Below are positions 1-11,900 of a DNA stretch of 64,000 nucleotides, piece after piece; the stretch's first letter is position 1, and every line of letters starts with the position of its first letter. The notes under the pieces are model-generated. The model did no database searches and was not told the DNA's origin. It was given only the letters and a program-made list of their open reading frames with translations. Position numbers and translations under genes: made by a program. Source of the stretch: Tubulanus polymorphus (lineage: Eukaryota > Animalia > Nemertea); the NCBI RefSeq assembly GCF_964204645.1, contig NC_134030.1, positions 8,831,222-8,895,221 of the forward strand. The letters are read 5' to 3'.

Positions 1-11
1 TGTTGTTGCAG

Positions 12-2934
12 CGTTGTTCGGGGAGATCACTCGTCTGCTGAATCACGTCATGGCCGTCGGTTGCCACGCGTTGGACGTCGGAGCGATGACGCCGTTTTTC
101 TGGCTTTTCGAAGAGCGTGAGAAACTGTGCGAAATCTACGAGCGCGTTTCCGGCGCTCGCATGCACGCCGCTTACGTTCGCCCGGGAGGAGTGGCCTTGG
201 TAAATATATAAAAGAAAAAATTGAAACGATCATTTTATGATTAATTGCTTTGGGGGCATGTACAGGGTGCAGGGTGTACTCTGATCTGGAAAACTCGGGG
301 AATTCGAAGAATTTTACCAAAAACTGGAAAACTCTGGGAATTCAGATTAAGACTACGTGTTTCTTTATCAATACGTGATTCGATGAAAAATGAATGAATT
401 GTAACATTTTAAACCTAGAAATTTCTCAGATTCACTTGGAGAATTTAGTGCAATCACTTGGAAAATTCAGGGGAAAGTTCGGGGCTTTGTAAATGGGTAA
501 AAAGTGGTTGTTATGATGTAAATTTGATATGTAAAAATCATCAAATGCTATGCCAACTCAGCAAATTCTTTTTAACTCGGTGCATAATCTACCGGGGTAT
601 TTGATAGATTCAGAAGACATTCACAATCCATGCCCCCAATAGTTGCTCAGCATGTTAAACTCGTATTATTGTATACTGTCTAGGATATGCCGCTCGGTTT
701 AATGGATGATATTTACGAATGGATCGAGAAATTCGGTCAACGAATCGACGAAGTTCACGAACTGTTGTCGAATAACCGAATCTGGAAAGAGCGAACAATC
801 GACATCGGTGTCATCTCGTCGGAGGAGGCGTTAAACTATGGCTTCAGGTATGTACAGCTGATCATCAGATGTTCCTAGACAATATTGATGAAAAAAAAGG
901 CGCGAATTAGAAAAGAACAGGGTTCATACAGATCAAGGAATTCAGGAATATTTTTCCCTGCTGAAGAAAATCAAAGAATCTGGACTCCCGGCTTTTTCCT
1001 TTAAAGTCATGGAATTTCAGATTCACAGAAATTTTCCAAGTACAATTGTTTTGTATCTACTGCCATGCATACTCTAGGCAGCATGCTGTCTATTTATTAC
1101 CAGCACACCTATTATGCACACTGATTATTGTTCTGAAACCACTTCAATGATTGAGCAATAAAGAGACCGGCTACAGGTTGATACAATAACCATGGCTTGG
1201 TGTCATTTATAAAGAAAACAAACAGTTAAAGGTTTCAATGGAAGATTTTTAAGCGCTTAATGAGTTGCTTTTACGATTTTCAGTGGAGTGATGTTGCGCG
1301 GTTCCGGTATCAAGTGGGATCTCAGGAAATCGCAGCCGTACGATAACTACCACAAGGTCGATTTCGACGTTCCGATCGGAAAATCCGGAGACACATACGA
1401 CAGGTATGCGCACTATTCATCCAGTCGTTTCATAGTCGATTTCATCAGAAGCAAATTTAACGCTAGGAAGACGTATCGTTTCTAGGTATCTGTGTCGTAT
1501 GGAAGAGATGAGACAATCGATTCGAATTATACATCAGTGTTTGAATAAGATGACGCCTGGAGAAGTCCGTGTCGACGACGCTAAAGTATCTCCTCCTCGT
1601 AGAGGTGAAATGAAGGTTAGTTGAATCAAAAATTTGAAATGACACGCGTACACAAGTGCCTCGTACAAGGTCCCTACAACTCCTCGATTTCTTTGTATCT
1701 CCTTCTAAATTGAATTTTAAAAGAGTCAACATTAATTGGGTAGATTTTACAGTACAGTAAATTTTCTCTTTTGAAACACCTTACGATATTTTCTAGGAAT
1801 GACTTATCAGTAGAGGCCTTGTTCTTACAGAGTGGCCACTGGCCTGCAAAATAGGGAAAATTCATCTATGTCTTACATCTTTGACCGTGTAAAATCAAAT
1901 CAAAGTGGACCCTTAGTACGTGTAGTGTAGACTGGTCCGTGCGATGAACGCATTTCATGACAAAGGTTTCCTGTGCATCTGCCACATGGAGTTTATATCT
2001 CCCTGCGATTGGCGATTCAGAAACTCGTACTTGTAATGTATAGAAGCATAATGTTTGGTTTCTTGTGCCATTGCAGGAATCGATGGAAGCTTTGATTCAT
2101 CACTTCAAGCTCTATTCGGAAGGTTATCAAGTGCCGCCGGGCAATACTTATACGGCGATCGAAGCTCCGAAAGGTGAATTCGGTGTCTATCTCATATCCG
2201 ATGGCACAAACAAACCGTACAGATGTAAAATCAAAGCTCCGGGTTTCGCTCATCTGGTAAGTATAGAACTGTCTTGGGGTACTTGTGAGACTTGTACAAG
2301 TCCATCAAATCCTTTTGAGTGCCCTTCTCTATTTCGTCAACAAAGATGATAGGAGCATTTCAGCGCGAGGTAACCTAATATTGCCTTCTGGACATCGAAG
2401 TACCCTTTTGGGATGTGACAAGTTCTTCACAACTAGCCCCTCATTGCGGGAGTACACCTAATATTGCCTTCTGGACATCGAAGTACCCTTTTGGGATGTG
2501 ACAAGTTCTTCACAACTAGCCCCTCATTGCGGGAGTACACCTAATATTGCCTTCTGGACGTCGAAGTACCATTTTGGGATGTGACAAATTCTTCAGAACT
2601 AGCCCCTCATTGCGGGAGTACACCTGATATTGCCTTCTGGACATCGAAGTACCATTTTGGGATGTGACAAGTTCTTAACAACTAGCCCCTCATTGCGGGA
2701 GTACACCTAATATTGCCTTTGTTGATATCAAAGTACCCTATTGGGATGTGACAAGTTTTTCAGAACTAGCCCCTGACTGTTAATCCATCGATGGTCAACA
2801 CACTTGTAAGGTTTAATTATTTGACTGTCCATTTTCAGGCTGGTTTACATAAATTATCAAAAGGCCACATGTTAGCCGATGTCGTCGCGATTATCGGTAC
2901 ACTGGACGTAGTGTTCGGAGAAGTCGATCGATAA
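12..2934 (+). CDS. NDUFS2: NADH dehydrogenase [ubiquinone] iron-sulfur protein 2 (complex I 49 kDa subunit), 3' part; 5' exons lie outside the window
   Basis: Exons with GT-AG borders: 12-199, 684-847, 1284-1403, 1486-1615, 2077-2256, 2839-2934 (TAA). Translation has family motifs [46 protein letters not shown], and the C-terminus DVVFGEVDR*. Confidence 0.97.
2373..2775. repeat. 83-bp minisatellite, ~5 copies, in the last NDUFS2 intron
   Basis: Unit ACCTAATATTGCCTTCTGGACATCGAAGTACC...CATTGCGGGAGTAC starts at 2373, 2456, 2539 and onward, near-identical, with no unique spacers. Confidence 0.95.
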
Positions 2935-3091
2935 TGCGAAACTGAAACCAAAATAGACGTCTTAGGAAATTAATGTTGAAATAGCTTTAGCGATTTGTAA
3001 ATAAGTACTAACAGTGACAAATACGTAAGATTCTCTCGTCTTGTACATAGTATTAACCATTAGTGAAACTCTATGTCCGTGTTGTGAGGAA

Positions 3092-3347
3092 ATAATCCCA
3101 CTCCGATATGACGAAAGACAAATTCCAAAAGGTTTCCGTTAAACTAATCATTTATTGATTCGATGTTTTTCGATTATAACCTAATACCGTCAGTCATACA
3201 GGAATACCGAGAAAACTATGATATATATATTTAATATTCCTGAAGATGACTATTAGGTTATAGCCGAAACATCGAATCAATAAATATATAAGCTTTAAAG
3301 GAAATTTTTCGGACCTCATCTTTCTCGTTATATTAGTGTGGGATTAT
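3092..3347. mobile_element. Palindromic MITE-like element (related copies at ~25460-25806 and ~58603-58807)
   Basis: Long imperfect inverted arms ATAATCCCAC...GTGGGATTAT and ATTTATTGATTCGATGTTT...AAACATCGAATCAATAAAT. The core TTCCTGAAGATGACT is shared with the ~58700 copy. Confidence 0.7.
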
Positions 3348-4373
3348 GTATTGTTCGGGTGAATCAAGCAGGTGGTCTTAATTTTTGGAGAGCCTCGCTT
3401 GCCGAGGTGTCGCATCTAAGAGAAATTGATTTTCTAACTTAAGATTTTCTTATTTATAAACTGTCTGCAAAATGTTCTCAGTAATCCCCAAGAGTTGTTC
3501 AGACTGATATTTTTCGCTTGTTGTTAATATTTTGAGTAGTGCTAGGTATAAATTGTATCGATTTGAAGCCTATAATTAAATGTGATGAATGGAAAGACTC
3601 TCGAGTTCGTGTTGGTGTACTGTATAGAAAGAATATTGTGGTATTTGAATAAAAATGATTGTAAAAGAAAACACGACCGTGTGTGGTGAATGTTAATTTT
3701 TTGGGTTTTAATCCAAGCTTCCATATTCAAGCGTAGCGAGTTTTCTGGAGATTCAGATTTAGTTTGGTCAATGGAAGAGCCAATGAATAGCATCAGACCG
3801 GTCTCCCTTTTTGTTTGGACTGTCATTGAATAGGGTTCCTACGACCGATTCCTTCTAGAAAACGGAAAATGTTTTAAAAGGAGCTAGAAACTACTTTAAT
3901 TTGAGCGAATTGCCCAAAACTTCTATTCAGAGAAATAGGCTATTAGAAATTGTTTGTCTCATTAGTTCGGTTATCGGAGTTAGTCGACTATAGTCGAACT
4001 AAATGAAACGGAATGTCCGTTAGTCGGAACTATGGTCCGGAAATCGTCGACCACGCAATTGAACACGGTTGCTATAGTTCGGACCTGGCTGATACTGTGA
4101 AATACGTTACGATCAAACTAGTTTTCCTTGAACCACTAGGTAAACTACAGTTTACCTAGTAATTCAACTAATAGTGTGTTCCGTGAAAAGCTGTGAATTT
4201 TATAGGGCAGTGAAATGGGGGTGTTACTAAAACTGTTTTCTGAAACGAAGACCTATGCACTTTGCGATACTAGAACTATGCCTGACTAAAACGAAGACCG
4301 AAGACCTACGCACTCATTAGAAATCATCACTTGGGCACTTGCTGTGTATTCAACCTCTGTCAATGAGTTTAGG

Positions 4374-4777
4374 CATGGACGTATCTCCTAGTTTATACGT
4401 CCATGGTTTAGGCAATACCAGATACAAACAAACGCATATGAAACGTAAATTGGTCGGTTTTCTCTGGTGCGTATAGTCTTCGTTTTAGCAGTGCTTTGTT
4501 TTAGTAACGCTTGTTGCTATATCAAACTTAACTAAACGAATGACAAATTTCAAAATCAATCATTTATTCTCATACAACAATTATACAAAATGCCAGGTTT
4601 GTGCTCGAGGAATTATAATGTAAGCTCCTCAAACACGGACTTTCAAAAACAACTAGTCCAACCACCATAGGCGTATAAACTATAAACGAGAGTTTATACG
4701 CCCATGGTCCAACCATAGACTCTAAAACAGAAACGTCTATGGCCCACAACCATGGACTCTTAAACCGTGAGTCCATG
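4374..4777. mobile_element. Four tiny CAT...ATG palindromic elements (27-41 bp), P-element-like termini
   Basis: 4374-4405 has a perfect 7-bp direct repeat GTTTAGG on both sides. 4666-4706, 4714-4741 and 4751-4777 share CAT(A/G)G(A/G)C...G(T/C)C(C/T)ATG ends. Confidence 0.55.
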
Positions 4778-4809
4778 GCTCCCCGCACTAAAACCAGAGA
4801 TAAACCTGG

Positions 4810-7100
4810 CCTAATACTCTGGAAAGTGTAGGATTAAGTAATCAATCTGATTTACCTTCTTACATCATTTTATTTTCACATCATATTAACTTTTAGCTTA
4901 TTTTCTCAAATTTTAATAGATATTTTATTTCTATTATTACTATGTATGAAATTGTACTAACTTAAAACAAAGTTACATGTAAGGTATTTAGAAGTCTTTA
5001 TCTACGATACATTTCCACTACAGCTGATTTATACAATTTGCATCAATAGGAAAATAACAAAAATACACAAAGAATAATAAACTTTGATCCATAAAAAAAC
5101 CGAAAAATGGACTAGTCTAAGATTATGAATTTGACAATTCATGATGTCAATATAAACGACACATTGTTATATTTTATGAAATATGAATCTATCATGTCAA
5201 CTTTTCAAATGACATCGATTGAGGACATCTCATTTATCAAGAAAAAGCTCAACTTTATTCGATAGGACCTTAATAAATCAATGTTTTATGAACAATTGAC
5301 ATGAACATGTCATTTTATCTCCACAACAACAATTATACCTAAATGACAGGTATTCATGTACTGGAGGAAGCGCCACATGCATTTACAAAAACGTGACCTG
5401 TATTTCAAAAAAAGTCTCCAACATAAAAAAATTAGAACCGGAGATAAAACCACAAATTCAATCTGGAAAGCTAAAGATTAGATTAAATAAACAGTCTTTG
5501 ATGTAATTTTCATTAACATTATTTTACAAGATAGCTAGTTTTGCCACCTTTGCCTTGTCTTTAGGAGGTTTCAAGACATTATCAAATTGGTTATTTTCTC
5601 AAATGTTACAGTTAATGCAAAGTATTTTGGAGGTATTCTCTTCTATGCATTCAGCAAGAGTATATAAATCGAGTATATAAATATTGTTCAACTGCCAATT
5701 TGAATAGAGCTAGGGCAATTACTAATAACTAATGGCTTTGCTACAATTAAGTTAAGATTCAATAACTAACTTTTTGAGGTGCTTCTTGTGCAGACATTCA
5801 GAACCCATACAGACATTGTTAAACCATGGTTTTAGAGTCCATAGCTAGCGTAATCTACTGATTAATACTGTTCATATATCCTCATTTATCAAGAGACTGC
5901 TCCTCTATTTTGCTACTCAATTTTCCATAAGGGCCTTAATGAAAATAGTATTTTATGAACCATTGATGAACACCACAGTATGAATGACGAAACATGTATA
6001 TCATTTTATTCTTAAACAACAACCCCACTAAATGAGTTATTTATAAAACAGTTCAACATAAAACCTACAAATTCACTCACTCTGGAAAGCGTAAGGTAAA
6101 CTAATTAATCTTAGTTATTACAAGAAAACTAAAAACATTGCCAAAAATTTCCTCGTCTGAGAGATTTCTTTAATTATCAACTAGCTTATTTCACAAATCA
6201 AATGTTATATTGAAACAAAGCAGGGTCTGATTTAAGCACTAGTCCAATTGCCCGAGACAAGTATATTTTCATTAGGGCATGTAGGTTATCACAATCACTC
6301 GTCCACCGGGCTTGTGTAATTCTATATCTCAAAGCTTTTATCCCACTCGATGCTAGGGATGATTGTGTCTCAATCGGACTACTCATGTAGGGCAAGTTGA
6401 TTTTTGAGGGGGCAAGTGATATTACATATGCTTGCCCCAAGGTCAAGTGGCATTTATTCCTTAGATCAAACCCTGCAAACTATTATAAAGGTTTTTCTTC
6501 GTGATGATTTTAAGATAAATCGAGTATCTTCATATAAATATGGTTTGACTGACGAAGCTACGGCAACTTCTTAATTTGTATTATTCAACTTGATAGTAGA
6601 TATCAATACAACTCTATATATAGATCAGAAATTCTTCTTGTCCAGATATTACAGGCCCCACACAAATGCGGTTAAACTGATAATCAAAACAAAGCTAGGA
6701 CAATTGACCAATTAGCACTATATCCTCGAGTTAGCCTATCAAGAAACTGCTCCTTTTATTCTATGCTCCTGCTAATCAAATCAGTATTTTATGAACCACT
6801 GAAAAGCCCCACATTGGAATTGTTGCTATAGAAATTAACAACTAAAAAGTTTCAACACGAATGATGAAAATGTACATCGTTTTATTCACATGACAATAAT
6901 ATCTTAAACGAGGAATCATCATCATGCAAGTTCCTAATTTCCAAACATGCGTTATGTGTTACAATAACAGTCTCCAACAGAGCATTAAAACTAGAGATGG
7001 AACATACAGATTCACTCTGGAAATCTAAGTATCAACTAATCATTACTTTCACTAGAAAACTAGAATTTTGCCTATTTTGCCCTGTCTTAAAGATGTCCAA
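4810..7100. repeat. Old, diverged tandem duplication (~620-930-bp period, 3-4 copies)
   Basis: Recurring blocks: TCTGGAAA at ~4819, 5462, 6081, 7016; (T/C)TATCAAGA..GCTC at ~5234, 5886, 6737; TTTTATGAAC at ~5284, 5951, 6787; TCATTTTAT/TCGTTTTAT further on. Confidence 0.7.
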
Positions 7101-8635
7101 GCACCTTGGCATTAAATACTAACTATTCTGATTTTTTTTTCTGGCAGCTGTGAAAACAACAACATAATCATACAATCGGTAACTTTTCAATAACATCAAT
7201 AACTTAAGTTTATAGCTGTTTTACATTCTTTCTAAAAAGTAATAGCTGTTTTACATTCTTATGTACCAGATTTTAGATAGTAAGTCTACCCCCGTATAAC
7301 AATCAATGGTCACAGCAGTGATTGAGTGCGACTAGTTCATAGGACGGTCGATCTTTCATCATAGTTATTCAAAGCATTTTATCATATCAGTTATTTCTTT
7401 TAAGTGTGTTCGATTTAGTTAAGGTTTATGGTTATTTGTTTTGTTCATTACAATAACTGAGTCCGATAGAATGCTTAAAACAACAACAGAAAAGATCTCG
7501 GGTTTTCGCTATACTTAAGGAATATTGTTCGATAAATGAAGAACCTTGTTGATAAATATTTGAAAAAATGCCTTTTTAGGTAAATAGAATATTAATTTGT
7601 TGTTTGTTTCTATTGTTGTTTATTATTTTTATCTATTTTTTTAATATTATCTATTTATGTATGTACTTGTATTTTGTTTTATTTACAATTTATTTATTGG
7701 TTTTTTTTTAAATCAATTTTTTTATTAATTTATGTACTTGTAGTTTGTATTATGTATTATTTATACGCCTCTATTTACAACTGCAGGCATTTTTTCACTG
7801 TAAAGTTTCCGGGTCCATTTTAAAAAAGCGCTACCAATTCACTGCCACTCCTTTATAATCATTATACATCCAATTTGAAGCTAAGTGATTATTCACTAGA
7901 GCCATCTCGTGATATGGATTTACCCATCACAATAACGTAGTTCAAAGTTCAAACAGCTATAAAACAATGTTAAAACGTTCAAAATTAGTTCTAGCTATAA
8001 CTTTATGCCTTGTTATTCCTAGCTTTACCTCTCAAATGTAAATAATGGTCTCCTTTCAAATAAAGCTTTTGATTTCTAATACGTAGCTATGATCATCAAA
8101 CAGATTGATGGAGGCTCAAAGTTAAAACTTGATGTGAAAATCAACATATACGATTCAATTGTGAAATCAGTAACATGGGCCTTCGAAGATATATATCCAT
8201 CAAATTGATACATCTACAATTCAGCAAATACTTAATATTTGTACATCAACACTGGCCTAATGTTATGTTCTATGTTTCCTAACTATGTGATACCTACACG
8301 GACAAATAGCCATAGTTGACTATGTTTAACTATGGTAAAGTTTAAAGATTACTCACAATATCATGTTGAAACTATATCTCAGTTTAGGAGTTAACTCAAC
8401 AGACCTGTGAGGCTGAACAAGGCGCTCAATGCGACCATTTACCCCTAGTGACTAACCTAACTTGACTTCACTATCAACCAAGGATCAAATACCAATATCG
8501 TGAATTAATGGAGCTTAGCTTTTATTAGACTCTCACATTGCATTAAACATTATAAAATAATTTCCTTGAAAACATTATATCAGACTGGTTTGAAAAAGGG
8601 TGATAAGTAAAAAAATTAATACTTTACTATTGAAA

Positions 8636-8835
8636 TCCGCTATTGTCTTTGCCGCTCCTTGATCTCAGTGTTTATAAGATGCACTATTGCTTATGCTGCT
8701 CCTAATAAGATACACTATTGTCTTTGCTGCTTTTAAAGCAGTGCTTATCCTGAATCAGTGTTTATGAGATAATCCATTAGCTTTGTCGCTCGAATCAGTG
8801 TTTATAAGATTCATTATAGTCTCTGCTGCTCCTGG
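8636..8835. repeat. ~35-50-bp degenerate tandem repeat
   Basis: CTATTGTCTTTGC(C/T)GCT and TCAGTGTTTATAAGAT motifs recur about 5 times. Confidence 0.75.
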
Positions 8836-8949
8836 TAAAATATTTCATAGCAATCAACCACCGTTTGTAGAAGAAACCATCGTTGAGTTATTAATCCGTT
8901 GCTGGGTCCTCAACTTCTAATCTGGGCCAATCGGTATTCATCTTCTTGT

Positions 8950-11900
8950 AGATTTTTTGACGAGTAGTTGATCTCAAGCTGGGTTTTTTCTCATAGTTGA
9001 TATTTAGCTGCAATAATTAAAAGAAGATATCCTGTAATGACAAAATATTTCAATAAGAATTAATCGTAATAATTTCATGTATATCAAGTTACCTTTTATG
9101 ATTGCTTGGTTCGTTATCGGTGTGGATCATCTAAAGTTGGTGGGTTAATGAGTTCGATCCTAGTTGGCTGTGCGATCTTCAAGTTGGTTGATTTTTTACG
9201 AATAGTTGTTCTCAAACTGGGTTTTTTTCGCATAGTTGAAATTTAGCTGCAAAGATTAAAAGAAGATATCCTGTAATGACCAAATATTTCAATAAGAATT
9301 AATCGTAATGATTTCATGTATATCAAGTTACCTTTTATGATTGCTGGGTTCGTTATCAGCAATTATCTTATAAGTTGGTTGGTTAATGAGTTCGATTCTG
9401 TTGGCCTCATCTGTTCGCTGTTCCAGTTGGTCGATTTTGGACGAGTAGCTGATCTCAAGCTGGGTTTCTTCTTATAGATGAAATTAAGCTGCAATGATTA
9501 AAAGAAGATATCCTGTAATGACAAAATATTTCAATAAGAATTAATCGTAATAATTTCATGTATATCAAGTTACCTTTTATGATTGCTGGGTTCGTTATCG
9601 GCAATTATCTTATTAGTTGGTTGGTAAATGAGTTCGATTCTGTTGGCCTCATCTGTTCGCTGTTCCAGTTGGTCAATTTTGGACGAGTAGCTGATCACAA
9701 GCTGGGTTTCTTCTTATAGTTGAAATTTAGCTGCAATGATTAAACGAAGATATCCTGTAATGACCAAATATTATATTATCTTAATAATTTCATGTATATT
9801 AACTTACCTTTTATGATTGCTGGTTTCATTATCGGCGATTATCTTATTAGTTGATTTGTTAATGAGTTCGATTCTAGTTGCCTGTGCACTGTTCAAGTTG
9901 GTTGATTTTTTACGAGTAGTTGTTCTCAAACTGGGTTTTTTCTCATAGTTGAAATTTAGCTGCAATGATCAAAAGAAGATATCCTTTCATGACAAAATAT
10001 TTCAATAAGAATTAATCGCAATAATTTCATGTATGTCAAGTTACCTTTTATGATTGCTTGGTTCGTTATCGGTGTGGATCATCTAAAGTTTGTGCGTTAA
10101 TGAGTTCGATTCTGTTAGGCTCATCTGTACGCTGTTCAAGTTGGTCGATTTTGGCCAAGTAGTTGTTCTCAAGCTGGGTTTTTTCTCATAGTTGAAATTT
10201 AGCTGCAATGATCAAAAGAAGATATCCTTTAATGACAAAATATTTCAATAAGAATTAATCATAATAATTCCATGTATATCAAATTACCTTTTATGATTGC
10301 TGGTTTCATTATTGGCGATTATCTTATTAGTTGATTGGTTAATGAGTTAGATCCTAGTTGGCTGTGCGTCATTCAAGTTGGTCGATTTTTTACGAATAGT
10401 TGTTCTCAAACTGGGTTTTTTTCGCATAGTTGAAATTTAGCTGCAAAGATTAAAAGAAGATATCCTGTAATGACCAAATATTTCAATAAGAATTAATCGT
10501 AATAATTTCATGTATATCAAGTTACCTTTTATGATTGCTGGGTTCGTTATCAGCAATTATCTTATAAGTTGGTTGGTTAATGAGTTCGATTCTGTTGGCC
10601 ACATCTGTTCGCTGTTCCAGTTGGTCGATTTTGGACGAGTAGCTGATCTCAAGCTGGGTTTCTTCTTATAGATGAAATTAAGCTGCAATGATTAAAAGAA
10701 GATATCCTGTAATGACCAAATATTTCAATAAGAATTAATCGTAATAATTTCATGTATATCAAGTTACCTTTTATGATTGCTGGGTTCGTTATCGGCAATT
10801 ATCTTATTAGTTGGTTGGTAAATGAGTTCGATTCTGTTGGCCTCATCTGTTCGCTGTTCCAGTTGGTCAATTTTGGACGAGTAGCTGATCTCAAGCTGGG
10901 TTTCTTCTTATAGTTGAAATTTAGCTGCAATGATTAAACGAAGATATCCTGTAATGACCAAATATTATATTATCTTAATAATTTCATGTATATTAACTTA
11001 CCTTTTATGATTGCTGGTTTCTTTATCGGCGATTATCTTATTAGTTGATTAGTTAATGAGTTCGATTCTAGTTGCCTGTGCACTGTTCAAGTTGGTTGAT
11101 TTTTTACGAGTAGTTGTTCTCAAACTGGTTTTTTTCTCATAGTTGAAATTTAGCTGCAATGATCAAAAGAAGATATCCTTTCATGACAAAATATTTCAAT
11201 AAGAATTAATCACAATTATTTCATGTATGTCAAGTTACCTTTTATGATTGCTTGGTTCGTTATTGGTGTGGATCATCTAAAGTTTGTGCGTTAATGAGTT
11301 CGATTCTGTTGGGCTCATCTGTACGCTGTTCAAGTTGGTCGATTTTGGCCAAGTAGTTGTTCTCAAGCTGGGTTTTTTCTCATAGTTGAAATTTAGCTGC
11401 AATGATCAAAAGAAGATATCCTTTAATGACAAAATATTTCAATAAGAATTAATCATAATAATTCCATGTATATCGTTATCGGTGTGGATCATCTAAAGTT
11501 TGTGCGTTAATGAGTTAGATTCTGTTGGGCTCATCTGTACGCTGTTCAAGTTGGTCGATTTTGGCCAAGTAGTTGTTCTCAAGCTGGGTTTTTTCTCATA
11601 GTTGAAATTTAGCTGCAATGATCAAAAGAAGATATCCTTTAATGACAAAATATTTCAATAAGAATTAATCATAATAATTCCATGTATATCAAATTACCTT
11701 TTATGATTGCTGGTTTCATTATCGGCGATTATCTTATTAGTTGATTGGTTAATGAGTTAGATCCTAGTTGGCTGTGCGTCATTCAAGTTGGTCGATTTTT
11801 GACGATTAGTTGTTCTCAAACTGGGTTTTTTCGCATAGTTGAAATTTAGCTGCAATGATTAAAAGAAGATATTCTGTAATGACAAAATATTTCAATAAGA

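Noticed and set aside
2373-2775. CRISPR-like array
   Set aside because: Units are contiguous and near-identical with no unique spacers, inside a eukaryotic intron; it is a minisatellite.
7590-7770. T-rich tract as a regulatory element
   Set aside because: Low-complexity sequence with no discernible structure.
9032-9092. Mirtron cluster (61-nt GTAA...TTACAG introns)
   Set aside because: Only ~9 weak terminal pairs in an AU-rich intron, and the downstream TGCAG acceptor looks more likely.
9114-9233. Polycistronic short peptides (MRKKPSLRTTIRKK...)
   Set aside because: Other units give MRKNPV*, MRKNPA* or lack the ATG; the ORF is not conserved.
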